64,000 bases of DNA from Cycas panzhihuaensis (lineage: Eukaryota > Plantae > Cycadophyta): NCBI GenBank assembly GCA_023213395.1, contig CM041465.1:94805741-94869740 (forward strand), read 5' to 3'. Made by a program: the position numbers and the translations under genes. Under the pieces are notes generated by a model. It did not search any database. It was not told the DNA's origin and saw only the letters and a list, made by a program, of their open reading frames with translations. This document shows positions 27,077-39,837 of this stretch, piece by piece (position 1 is the stretch's first letter; each line of letters begins with the position of its first letter).

Positions 27077-28774
27077 TTATAAAAAAATATGAAGAACCTG
27101 GTAAAGTAAATGTGACTGGTTTGTAGAATGCTGACTTCAAGGCATGAGAACTTCTTTCATGGTGGTCAAAACTTTGGACTGATTTCTCCAATAAATAGAT
27201 CGGCTTGCCAGGATTTTAACAAGTAGTCATATGCAACACTTTCGTGAAGTGTATGAAGAGCTCAATCACATTAAAAGTTATCAAGCACCTCTTTGGCAAA
27301 ACCTAAAAAAATAGGGAATAAACAATAAAACCTATAGTATAACTTATCCAGGAAACTTGTTAGATTGAATATACACCAAATATTGCATAGATCTAGGAAA
27401 AATATTGAACAAATAGACAAAATACACTAGAAATGGTCAAATATTTAACAAAATATGTAAAACTTCTTAATAAAAACTTCATAGACTGATGAAATCTTGA
27501 ATATTTATTGATTATAGTTATGCTCCTATATAGATCTATGAAAATATGTGTTATTTTACAAATATAAATAAAAAATAATCAGACCTTTGATGAAAATTGA
27601 TACAAGAAATTGCTAATAAGATTTAGAGAAAAAGAATATAACCAATATTGGCTTGTTGTGAGTAGATCTACTTTAGGTACTAATGATTTTTTTTCTTCTA
27701 AAAAAAAACTTTAACAGGCCAGCAATCTAAGATCTGATAGCAAATAAAGGATTATACAATAATGGAGACAGAGTATAGTATAATCAAATAATCAAAATAT
27801 TATTGCATAAAAACATAAGCCTTTATATTCAATCCATATTTTGAGTGAGTACATAGCAAATTTCCAATATAGGCAGTGTCTAAAAACACCAAGGTTGCAC
27901 ACCCCTCCAAATATATAGTTTGGGGGAGGAGGGAAACTCCTCAACCCTTAAAATTTAAACAACAATAAAATATTACATAACTTAACAACTTAACTCAAAT
28001 CAACTTAACCTTTACTTACCTTCACATATGTGCACTCACATGTGTGAAAGGTGGGAGTGGGGTGATGATCATTAACCCTAATAAGGATGCCCATAGTTTG
28101 ACCTAATAGATTTATATTAATTAAAAGATTTTAGAAGCTAGTTGATGGTAAGACAAATGAGCGTGTCATCATCTTTTGTATGGTTATAACTTTATTATTT
28201 TCTTTAGTTAATGATTTAATACAATTTCATAAATCTATATTTATGAGTTGAAGGTTGGATAAGAACTCCTCAACTTTAGAGAAATCTTTATACTATAAGT
28301 CATATGTTATGAATGCCCTTAAAAAGAAGTTAATTAATCATTTTGTTAGCGAAGGGGTGTTAATGAAGAGATATATCCTTCAGTGAAAAGGCCTATTGTG
28401 CATATAAATATGGCCCTAAATGTAATATGGACATCACTTATATTTTTATAATCAATTATCTGGTCTTCTGACTATTCAATCTTGTAAAGCACTCTTGTGT
28501 ATTTGAAATATTTCAGGCTTCCTCCTCAAGTTACGGAGTAGGTCCGTAATAATTGGTATCAGAGCAGATTTAATCTAATGTGAATTGTTCTAAATAAATT
28601 ACATTTGTGCATTTACCCAGTCTTAATTCCACTGTCGTTTCCATCATTATATATGCTCATAGTACATCATCATCACAGAGTGCTCTGTTTGAGTTGATTC
28701 ACCATTCAGATCTATATTCACTTTTTATCTATTATATCTCTGATTTGTCTTGTCATTGATTATAACCGCTGAAA

Positions 28775-29345
28775 CCTCATTCTCGTCACTGTATGTGGTC
28801 TCTTATTGCTGTGTGTGGTCTCTTATTATTGTGCACTCTAGATTTTTTCTTGTTGTTATTTTTCTAGTTACTGTATCTCATTCTTGTTGATGCGTTATAA
28901 CTACCTGTTCTCCCATTCTCGTTGTTGTATGAGGTTCTCTTGTTGTTGTGCGCTCTAGATTTTTCTTGTTGTTGTTTTTCTAGTTTTTGTATCTCATTCT
29001 TATTGTTGTTTTTCTAGTTTTTGTATCTCATTCTTATTGTTGTTTTTCTAGTTTTTGTATCTCATTCTTGTTGTTGCATTACAACTACCTGTTCTCATTC
29101 TCGTTGCTGTGTGTGGTTCTCTTGTTAATGCACATTCTAGATTTTTTTCCTTATTGTTGTTTTTTTAGTTGTTGTATCTCATTCTTATTGCTGCGTTACA
29201 GCTACATGTTCTCATTCTCGTTGCTATGTGTGGTTCTCTTATTGCTGTGCACTGTGAAGTTTTTCTCGTTACTGTATCTCATTCTTGTTGATGCGTTACA
29301 ACTGTCTATTCTCATTCTCATCATGCCAACTTGTTGTTACGTGTA
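28775..29345. repeat. Imperfect nested tandem repeat (~120-bp units with ~32-bp sub-repeats) in the H 5' UTR
   Basis: Recurring TCTAGTTTTTGTATCTCATTCTTATTGTTGTTTT and CTACCTGTTCTCATTCTCGTTGCTGTGTGTGGTTCTCTT. Confidence 0.85.
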
Positions 29346-30409
29346 TCGAAATATACTTTTCATCTCTGATTTTGCACTCTTTAGTCTAGTCCCATACCCT
29401 CTAGTCAAGTTTTCCATTATCTTCTAATTTGATTTTCCCTGTGCTCACTTTGATGTCTTTGCATCCACTTTCATCAACCATTCATTCCTTACGTCCAACA
29501 TCTAGTCATTCATCTATTCGTTGGTATCCAAGCTATCATATTTATGTATTATATATTATATATATATTATAGAACATCACCTCACACATTTGATTAATAA
29601 TTTACATATTAATAAAATCGCTCAATTAGTATATATTAAGAATTTCAATATCACATTGTATTATACATTACCTAAATTAAACCCTAATCATAAAACGTGT
29701 TATATCTGTATTGAGAGACAATACACACGCATTATATTTACATTTAGGAAATAAATATATATATTCATTTATATCAAGACATCTCTTCACTCATAGTATT
29801 CATTATTAGTGGTGAAGAATATATAGAGTTTACTCTAATAAAGTAAACAATAAAATCATTATAATTTATATGCAGCTTGTGTTTAATTGTAAGATATATA
29901 CTAATATCTTATAAGTGATTTTAACTTATCCTACATACCTTTCAAGAGTCAAATTATTGCCTCAATTCATACAATCTTAAGAAAATAAAATATTTCATCA
30001 ATTAAATATTAGGTGGTGGAGGAACTATAACATTGATAAGCACTAAGGCTTATTTTGCCTACTTGGGATACATCTAATAGTATCAAGCGAGATCGGAATA
30101 TTATTTTGGGTCAACTAAACATGACAGAAAGGTAGTAGAACCACACTTAGATAATCTTGTTACACTGAGCAGTCAAGTAACTATCTTTGCACTCGAAGTT
30201 AGAGTTGCATATACATGGTAGGGGAATATATTTAATTAACAAATTATTTTTTGACATAAATTTGGGACTCAACATAAAGTTACTCTCTATATTGAGTTGA
30301 AGTTATCAAATTGCAACTGTAACATATTCCTCATTTCATAAATCTGATAAACTTGTGCATAGTTACAGAAAGGGGTCATTGGAACTGTACTTACACAATC
30401 ATTAAAATA

Positions 30410-32030
30410 ATGAATACTGAAGATATGGCAGAAAATACCATCCAAAAGGATATCGTCAAACTGATCACTCAAGTAGTCCATGAAGCAATCCAGACATCAA
30501 ACGCACTCTTAAATCATACATCACACCAGATATTGGATAAATTGACAATCATAATGGCGAAGGGGAAGGAAGATATGATCATTCTTGACTCTGAGGATGA
30601 AGCCATGAGTCGACAATCTCATATCAGAAATCAGACTGTTAAAAAATATTCTAATCCTCATATGACTCTAATTGATACTGAGAATAAAGCTATTAGAAAA
30701 TACCTTAATGAGTATTATAATATAACCCCTGAAGAACATAAGATAATAGGTTTTCAAGCATATTTCAATTATTTACAAAATATCCAAACATAGAAAAAGA
30801 AAAAGTAAAAAAAAATAACTATACAACATTTTAATATAGAGCAAAAATTGCATGAGCCAAGAGTATGGATCCAACAAATGGAAAACTACTTTCGCTTAAT
30901 AGAAATTGAGCCAGCAGAGCAAGTTCTATTAGCCATCCTGCATATGGATGGGATAGCGTGTGAATGATGGCAGTGTCTCAAACGAACCTCTTTTTGAGAT
31001 CAATTATCAACCTAGAAAGAATTCATGTATTTATTCATTCAGTGATTTAAAACAGTATCTAATTGTGATTATTATTGTGAGTTACAAAAATTAAAGTAAA
31101 CTAGTTATGTAAAAGAATATAGTGTAACATTCACGAGGCTAAGCTATGTGTTAGAAGATATTCTGACTAATCGACTTATCCAATTATATATAGATGGTCT
31201 GATAATAGAGATCCAAGCTAACGTTAAAATTCAAGAACTAAAGGACCTTAACAAGCCAATATAGTTAGCCAAAATACATGAAGATAAACACAATGCCTTA
31301 CACAAAATGAGCACAGATCTTTATATTCCTCCACATAATCAACATAATCTTTTACCAAGTTCTCAACACATACATATATCAATCAACCTAAATTAACCTA
31401 CTAAACCAATTATTCAAAAAATAAAAACAGAGTAAGAAGAGTTAAGAGGAAGAAACCTATGCTTCAGATGTGAGGAGAAGTGGGAACCTATGCATAATTG
31501 TCAAAAGAATCAGTTATATATAATGAGATTACTGCATGATGATAATATTAATGAAGAAGAACTAGGATCTAAAAATAATCAAGGAAATTATTATCATTTA
31601 GAACATCAAGAGAGCTATTGTAATCTCGAGGCAAACCATCCACAAATGTCACTATCATTTATGAGCAGTTTCAATCAATCAAATACCTTAAAATTACAGG
31701 GATCTATTAAAAATCAAGTTGTAACAATATTGATAGATTCAGGTAGCACAGATAATTTCATTGATCGAAATTATGCACAACAACTGAAGTTATTTCCATT
31801 AAGGACCCCCCATTTCTAGGTAACTATTGGAGGAAGATAAGTAATCTCTGGCCAAGGTATAATGAAGAACCTTGACATCACACTAAACAACATCAATATT
31901 ATAGAAGATTTCTATGTTATCAATGTTAGAGGTGTAGATATTATATTGGGCAGTAAATGGCTCAGTACACTTGGAACCTTTGAAATAAATATGAATGAAC
32001 AATTTATATGACTTGAGAAAGAAGGAAGAA
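30410..32030 (+). pseudogene. gag: Element H gag-protease
   Basis: EPRVWIQQMENYF...AILHMDGIA; LCFRCEEKWEPMHNC knuckle; TLKLQGSIKNQVVTILIDSGSTDNFID; DIILGSKWLSTLG. Confidence 0.9.
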
Positions 32031-32539
32031 CCATCACGTTATCAAGAAAAAGATCGAATAAAACTAAAGTTATACCACATGACAATCAGGGTGAAGAAGT
32101 CAAGAAGCAACTACAAGCATTCTAAAAACACAGTCGAGATTTTCAACTGGAAGACTCTTCTAATAAATACCTGCAAGATCCGTCTAATTGCCTAATGGAC
32201 TCTACTACAACAAAGGACAATGTACGTTTAAGGGACTATAATTGTTTGATTATGTTTTGTGGGCGAAACATCTTAAAGGGGAGGAATTGTTATGAACCTC
32301 CTTAAAAAGAAGTTAATTAATCATTTTGTTAGCGAATGGGTGTTAATGAAGAGACATATCCTTCGGTGAAAAGGCCTATTATGCATATAAATATGACCCT
32401 AAATGTAATATGGACATCACTTATATTTTTATAATCAATCATCTGGTCTTGTGACTATTCAATCTTACAAATCTCTCTTGTGTATTCGAAATATTTCGGG
32501 CTTCCTCCTCAAGTTATGGAGTAGGTCCGTAATATCATA

Positions 32540-32875
32540 CATTTTTTGTTCAAAAATTGTGACTTGTTGTGTATTAACCTTATCATATTTTTCCTTAAAC
32601 TTGGCCCAGACGATGGCAAGATCATATGTGTTAGTGAACTACCTATGTATGTCTAGTAAGAGAGAGGTTAAGATGACACCTAAGGCTCCATAACAATTCA
32701 TCAAATAAACCATATAGCTATTTGATTTTTTGTTAGTAGGTTTTGCAAACTCTCTAGTCATGTACTACTAAATCTTTTATTATTTAAGTTGGTTAGATAC
32801 TTTAACTTTCTAGTTGCCATAATTTATACTATTTAAAACTGGAATTAAAATGAAGGAGATTATCCTAGCATGATT
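32540..32875 (-). pseudogene. gag: Copia I gag N-terminus (continues at 28089-28299)
   Basis: Reverse complement aligns with Copia D gag at ~14385-14730. Confidence 0.8.
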
Positions 32876-33814
32876 GCTATTTTGGAAAAGAAACCTATGT
32901 AGAGATCCTCTTTTGATTAAAAGAAATGGTAAGGTAAATAAAAAGAAAAAATAATCTTCATAATTAATATAATTAAACCATAAATATTATATGAACATAA
33001 TCACAATATTTCTATTTCAAAAAAGAAAATTCATATGGCTTTAATACAAATAAAGATACATAAACATTTATGAATGGGTTATGTAATTTTATGAATAAAT
33101 GAGAAAGTTAACCCTTTAACACATTAAAAAATTAATTGTAAATATTTTAAAATTATGTTTTTAATCATACATATCAAAAATTAAATCAAACTTGTAAATA
33201 TTTATATAAATTATAACATCATTTGTAATAAATAATATTAAAATAATAATTAAATTACTTTTACATAAATTAAATAAATATATTAAAAAATAAGCAATAA
33301 AATAATGTCATAATATAATTAATTCATCAAATTAATAAATGATTAATAATGCTTTAAATTAAATTTAAAATGTTGAAAATATTATAAAGAAATGTTCTAG
33401 TTTAAGTCACGTACTTGTACTTTGTTGCAATCAGTTTTGTTGACTTTACAGAAAGATTTACCTATTAAAATGGCATCAAAAGTACTGAAGTGATCAATCA
33501 AATTAATAGTGTCTAAATTAAGATTCTAACACAACTTATAAAACTAAATTCTGACTCTATATGATGAAGTTATACTAGAAAACGTACAGGTGACTCTTTT
33601 GAAATGTGGGAAGTGGGTTGAATATTAGTGGTTAAGTCCCTTTCTCACTAAAGAACAAAGTCGTATGGAGGTGAAATAGAATCAAGGACTAGTAGGCTAG
33701 GGCTTTATAGACCCAAAATGAAAATAGGATGGATTTAAATATTTTTTTAATTACCTAACATTATACAAGATTTAAATCAAGTTTGGCATCTGCCCAAATA
33801 TAAAAAAGAAAATA

Positions 33815-34205
33815 TATAAAAGAGGGGAAATTGTGCATATCAAACACTCATAAAATTAAACATCATCATCATCATCAAATCTACACAATAATTTGGTAGG
33901 TGGAAAATCCCTATAGGGGAAGAAAAACCACCATAGATTATAAAACTATATTATAATAAGAAAAAAAAAATCTAGAGGTAAATCTAAGGATCTTATCCTC
34001 TCTTTCTTATATTACTAGCCTGGCTAGGAACCTTCACCCATATAGCTAACCTTCCTATAAAGATTCTCAAATAATTAATTCGAGAAGATAGGGTAAAATT
34101 TATTGAAATGGAAATGGTCCATTTCATCAAACTTTTAATACATAGTAATTAAAAACGTTATAAAGATAACATTATAACTTGATTTAATAAAGATTATTTC
34201 TAACA
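33815..34205 (-). repeat. 5' LTR of Copia I
   Basis: Direct repeat of 8085-8492 with indels; ends TCTAACA. Confidence 0.85.
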
Positions 34206-34309
34206 CCATGTAACACTTGTAAAGCGTGCAACATATCCAATAATCTCCCACTTATTGAACACTTTATAAGAAACCTATATATAAAACTACTGAATGCCAG
34301 AATCATAAA

Positions 34310-36441
34310 CTCCCATTACCTTTCTAAACCATTTAATCTTTTTTGTCTAATAATCTTAGTGAATGAGTCTACAACATTCTCCTATGTAGTAATGTTCTGT
34401 AAGTCCACCTTATGGTCTTGAACTATTGCTTTCACAAAATGGAATTACAAATCAAAATGCTTTGAACAAGTATGAAATATAGGATTTTGTGCTAGGTAGA
34501 TTACACTTTGACTATCATGATCTATCCTCACAATATCATACTTGAAGCTAACATTTGTGCATAATATCTAAAAATCCATTTTACAACCACCCCATGCTCT
34601 CTGCTTGCATTTGAAATATACATACTAACTACTTCCACTCCATGGGCAATGTCTAATCAAGTGTAAACCATGACATACATTAGACTACCAACTTCACTAG
34701 CGTAAGGGATAAATACCATGTCTTCAACTTCTTGGTAAGTCTTTGGGCATTGTTCAATTGATAATTTTAAACCAATAGAAAGAAGAATATTAACCAATTT
34801 GCTATCCTATAAATTGAACCACTATAATATAGTCTCAATGTCTTGCCTTTGGCTAAGCTAAATCTTCCTATTTCTCCTATCCTTTTAATCTCAATACCTA
34901 AAATAAATTGTATAGGACCAAGGTCCTTCATCTCAAAATAAGATGTTAGTTGGCCATTCACAAGTTGTTTTATTTATTTATTGTTACAAACTAAAAGTAT
35001 ATCATCAACATATAAGGTTAAAATAATGAAGCAATTACCAACCTATTTATAATAAATACAAAGATCTACTTTACTATGCACAAAGCTATTTATCAACATA
35101 TATGAATCAAACTTCTGATACCACATTCTTGGTAACTATTTTAAGCTATATAACAACTTCTTCAACCTATACACCATATTCGCTTCTCTATAAAATTAAG
35201 TCCTTTTGGATGTAATATATACATTTCTTCCTCAAGGTCTTTATGAAGAAACATAATCTTTGCATCCATCTGATCCACCTCAAGATCATAGGTAGTTACT
35301 ATAGCCAATAAAAATCTAATTGAATCTACCTTTATAATAGGAGAAAACACATCACTAAAATCTATTCTATTAACTTGGTTATAACCCTTTGTTATTAAGT
35401 GAGCCTTGTACCTTTTTATAATACCATCTACCTTAAACATCTTCTTTAAGATCCATTTGTTATCCCATGTATCATTTTTATCCAAGGCAATAATTTCTTC
35501 TTCCATGGATCTCATCCAAAGTTGGCTCTCTTTTGACTCTAGAGCCTTGTCAACAATACCTAGATTATCATTTGTAGTAGATAAAATAAAAAAGGAGGTA
35601 TATAAGTCTTCAAAAATATACCTATTAAGCTATCTTCTCTCACAAGTTGATATTTTTAAGATGTGGGGTTCTTAAGGTTGAGATATCTTTACAACTAGTC
35701 CTTCCTCTTTAGCTATCTTATATTCTAATATAGAATCTTTATCCCTTATCTCAAACTGTACTTTTTTAAAGACTTCTTCCTTCGGTTCCTCATTTTGCTT
35801 TAGAGACTTGAACTCCTTTATAAAGACAACATTACAACTATATGAAACCTTTTATATTTAAGGTTTATAAAGCTTTTACCCTTTAACACCATCCCTATAA
35901 CTAATGAAAATAGATTTTATGCTTTGAAATCAAGCTTAGTCCTCTATAGGCTAGGAACATACATAAAATCTTTACAACTAAAATCTCTATGATGACCAAG
36001 ATATGGTTTCTTACCAAACCACACTTCTTTGGGTGTTTTATACACTAACATATTTGCTGATGATCTATTTATTATGTAGTTTATAGTTATTATAGCCTTA
36101 GCCTATAATTTCTTCTCTAGTCTAACAACATTGAGCATACTCCTTGATCTCTCTAGTAAGGTCTTATTCATCCTTTTAGTAACTCCATTTTACTATGGCA
36201 TATAGAGAGCTATCTTTTGCCTTACTATCCTATACTGCTTATAGAACTGCTCAAACTCCTTTGAGAAAGACTCACCTTTATTATCAATCCTTAGCACATT
36301 GATTTGTATATCATTCTAATTCCTAACCAAGGCCTTGAATTCTTTGAATTTACTAAAGACCTCATATTTCTATATAAGAAATTACAACCATTCCTTTCTT
36401 GAGATATCATCCATAAATGAGACAAAGTATTTGGACCCACT
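34310..36441 (-). pseudogene. pol: Copia B pol pseudogene (integrase-RT-RNase H)
   Basis: MEEEIIALDKNDTW, RYKAHLITKGYNQ, EVDQMDAK, FEMKDLGPIQFILGIEI; internal deletions and stops. Confidence 0.9.
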
Positions 36442-37962
36442 TATTTCCCAGCTTCTGAGAATGGAGTGTGATGACACCATACAGGTAAGGTTAGGTATAT
36501 ATCATTTCCTTTATAATTTATCACATTTTTAATTATTGAGATGTGTAATGGTTACATGATTGTTTGGTTTCTTAAGTTGTTTGCTTGATCCCTTACTTAT
36601 GCATGTGACTTTTACTTATGATGACTAGGACTCCAGTCTAATGGTAATATTGAGCTCCCATAGTGAATCCCCTTATGTTGATTGGTTTCTCACATGCTTT
36701 TGTAGCCTAGCTTCATGATTTTAAGCCTATTTATACTCTTTTGATATCATCTCTTCCTCTTATCATGTGTTATTCATCCATTTGGTTTGCCAAAGGTGGC
36801 TTATTGAGGCTTTTCCCATGAGAAAATACACCTCCCTAGTTACTCCATGTGATTTGTGATAGTGTTGTATAGGAATGATGGTTGGTTGGGCCTTATCCAT
36901 ATCCTAGCATGCATAATTTTGATTGTTACGTAGAGTTCTGACTCATTCTATCACATTTCTCATATGTTTCCTATGACTTTCTATCTGTAGGATGGCCTGG
37001 GGATAACCTATAGATCTTTAAGACTATGTTTCAGGTCCCTCAACACCCCATCTTGTCATGTTTCACCTTCCTACATTAATATTCATTAAATTTTATTAAC
37101 TTCGGTTAGTCTCCTATCATCCAGCCTAGATTCTTATTTACCCCACTCTGATTATTATGCCTCATAGATATATTTACAACATTGTTAATATATTCGTAGT
37201 GTAACTGTTAGTAACTTAAGCATTGATATAAATGACTAGATTTGCATTTATAACTCAACTGACATATAATCCTACCTCAAGACTAGCCTAAATCATGGCC
37301 TAATGGTTCTGAGACTCCATTAGACATATAAAAACAAAAATTCAATATCATTTGGGGATCTCTCTAAGGATTTTTCATACTTTCCATCAACCTATCAAAG
37401 GAACTCACTCTTTCCCTTTATAAGAAAGATAATTTGTGTAGGAAATTATACCTGGGGTAGGAAAAGGAAGAGGAAATCTACTCTACAGAGGTAATGAGAC
37501 ACCTTCAAGCCACTAAGGCAGCTAAGGAGGCTCCCATTCCCCTCTCTAAACATAAATTTCTCTCCCAAAGAGGCTTGTTTCCATAGCAAACCTATAACTT
37601 ATGTCAACTTTCTTTTCAATCAATTTTCCTTTGATTTTACTACTAAATACTTATGTTTCACTTATTCTCTCTCATTATTTGCTATAGATTTTGGTGATTT
37701 CATGTTTTAAAATCCATTTGTATACTTCTTTAGAAGCTTCCCTAGCATAAACTTTGGAGGAAACGCCTCCATCCTTTACAAAACCTCCCCTTTCACTTGT
37801 CAACCATTAGTTTGTGGTAAGGAGAGAACTTGGCTAACTAGAGGAGATCATAAGAAGGATATTGAGCTTTAGGTTTGACTTAAAAATCCTCCCTTCACTA
37901 GGGTGATCCCTTCCTTAAAGCCTCTAAGCATCCTACCATCCATCACCTCAACTAGTGTAATA
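36442..37962 (+). repeat. LTR1 (~1.52 kb) of the Tat-like array
   Basis: TATTTCCCAG...GTGTAATA (decayed TG...CA); starts exactly where Copia B integrase homology stops. Confidence 0.8.
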
Positions 37963-39837
37963 ATTGGTAGTGAAATATGCAACATTCCTTTTTCTCCTTC
38001 ATCCTACTCTAAGATGCTCATCTAAAACCACTACCTAATCATGAGACACATTTTGTCCACTTGGGAGGAACCACATCTTGTAGAGGAGCTTGCCATTTCG
38101 AGGTAACCCCCCTTCACCTTCTTTCCCTCTTTTCTCCCTAATGTTGCATGATGATATTTTGAGTTAGGAAGTAAGATTTGAATTTATTTTGTTGTTGTAA
38201 ATTAAAATCTAAATATTCTAACAACATTTTGCTATAAGAGAATACACATATACATATATATTTTACTTGTAGAAGGTTCCTTTCCTTTATGACATAGGTG
38301 GAGGACTTCCTTTACAAGCAAAGCTATGCATTATAAGAAGGTAATATTTTTTTGCTTTAAGCTCATTTCTGCTTCATTTCATTCATTTCTTTTATTTTTA
38401 TATAATTGGGAAAGGTAAGGAAGCCCCCTCTCCATCTCCAATAATATTTGCAATAATCAAAGAAAGTAAAGGCATCGACAAGGGAGGCATGAAAAGAGGG
38501 ATTACACTTCATCATCAAATGTCACAGAACCAGGTGCACTCCTTCAAAACCCTTCCTTCTCTCTCCTTTTTCTCTCTTCCTTCCCTAAAAGAATGCTACA
38601 AATATAAAACACATTGGTTTCTTCCATTTGTACATATACATCATATATAGAGAAGAATGTATCATAGACAAACTATACTCCTCCTCCCTCTTGCATAAAA
38701 GAAAAGACTTGAATGCCCTCTCCCAAAAGCTTTGCATATTACATCCAAAAGAAAACTCATAAAACATTGTAAGTTGCCTTCATCCATAGATAGGAAACAT
38801 AGATTGCATTCTTTATTTCTGCTCATTGCTTTTGGACAAAAGATGAAATAAACTTAGTTAAATATAGATTGTGGAAACATTCCCTCACAACTTCCTTATC
38901 ACATCGTAACTGTAACCTCTAAACAAAAAGAGAGTGAGGAAGAGTGAGAAAGAGAAGTTGTATACATATTTGTATGTCTATTTTACTCTTGGGAATTTTA
39001 TAATGATTATTGCTACATAAAACTAGATCTCATCTCAACAAAATAAAAAACTATAAACTTAGGAAACTCATTAGTTATTCTTGCAACTCAAGAAGAATTT
39101 TTATAGCTTAGTTGCAACTAGATAGAAGCAACATTCCCTCTATTTTATAATTTTGACACTGAAGCCCCAACCCCTAGAGGTAATGCTCTAGCTCTAAACA
39201 GACCATTCAAAGTCGTTGTTTCTTACTTTGCTACCCCCTTGATCCCTTTTTCAAAAGGGTGCCCATTCTTTGCTTATTTTCTTTCCTGAAAAGAGATTTA
39301 GTGCCTCTTCTCTCTCTTTGAGAATAGGAGAGTTTTGTTTAGGCTACTCAGTAATTTAAGAATTCCATCTCCCTCCCATTTACATTGAAAAAGTTACCTA
39401 AAGAAGAGAGAAATGGTAACGTGTAGTTGTAGGTCCTCAAACTTATGTTCTGATGCATAGACACCCTTTAAGGGTAGTTTAATGTTTTCTCATACTCTTA
39501 ATCCCTTTCACTTATTGATCTCCATGATCAATAAGAGTATCAAGATTTTAGTGACCCCTAGAGGCACACTTCCACTCGTGACCATACTAGGGACTTACCA
39601 GTAAGGAAAGTCATAGCACCCCTTTAGTGTTTTCTAGCGTTAGCCTTTTCTTTCTTTTCTTTATAAATTTCTCTTGCTAAGTAACCCTAGCCTATTGTCT
39701 CCTAAGTTATCTTACTTCTCTTACATATCTTGGGTAGGATATGGATGCAATGTTTTTCTTGCCACTTGTGTAGCCTATCCATTATAATAGAGGAGCCCCT
39801 TTATTCTTTCATCCCCTTATCTAATTCTAATTTGACA

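Larger units (their letters stand above)
28305..32534 (+). mobile_element. Element H: 4.2-kb non-autonomous Ty3/Gypsy (chromovirus-like) with gag and protease only
   Basis: 247-bp LTRs 28305-28551 and 32288-32534 (about 17 mismatches), perfect TSD TCATA, PBS TGGTATCAGAGC at 28554, PPT AAGGGGAGGAA; no RT/RH/INT. Confidence 0.95.

Noticed and set aside
27745-28083. Independent solo LTR
   Set aside because: It has an adjacent PBS and shares TSD AGGAT with 22821-23196, so it is the 5' LTR of element E
28987-29427. 146-aa hydrophobic ORF resembling a membrane or env-like protein
   Set aside because: Arises from the T-rich tandem repeat in the H 5' UTR, upstream of gag, with no domain motifs
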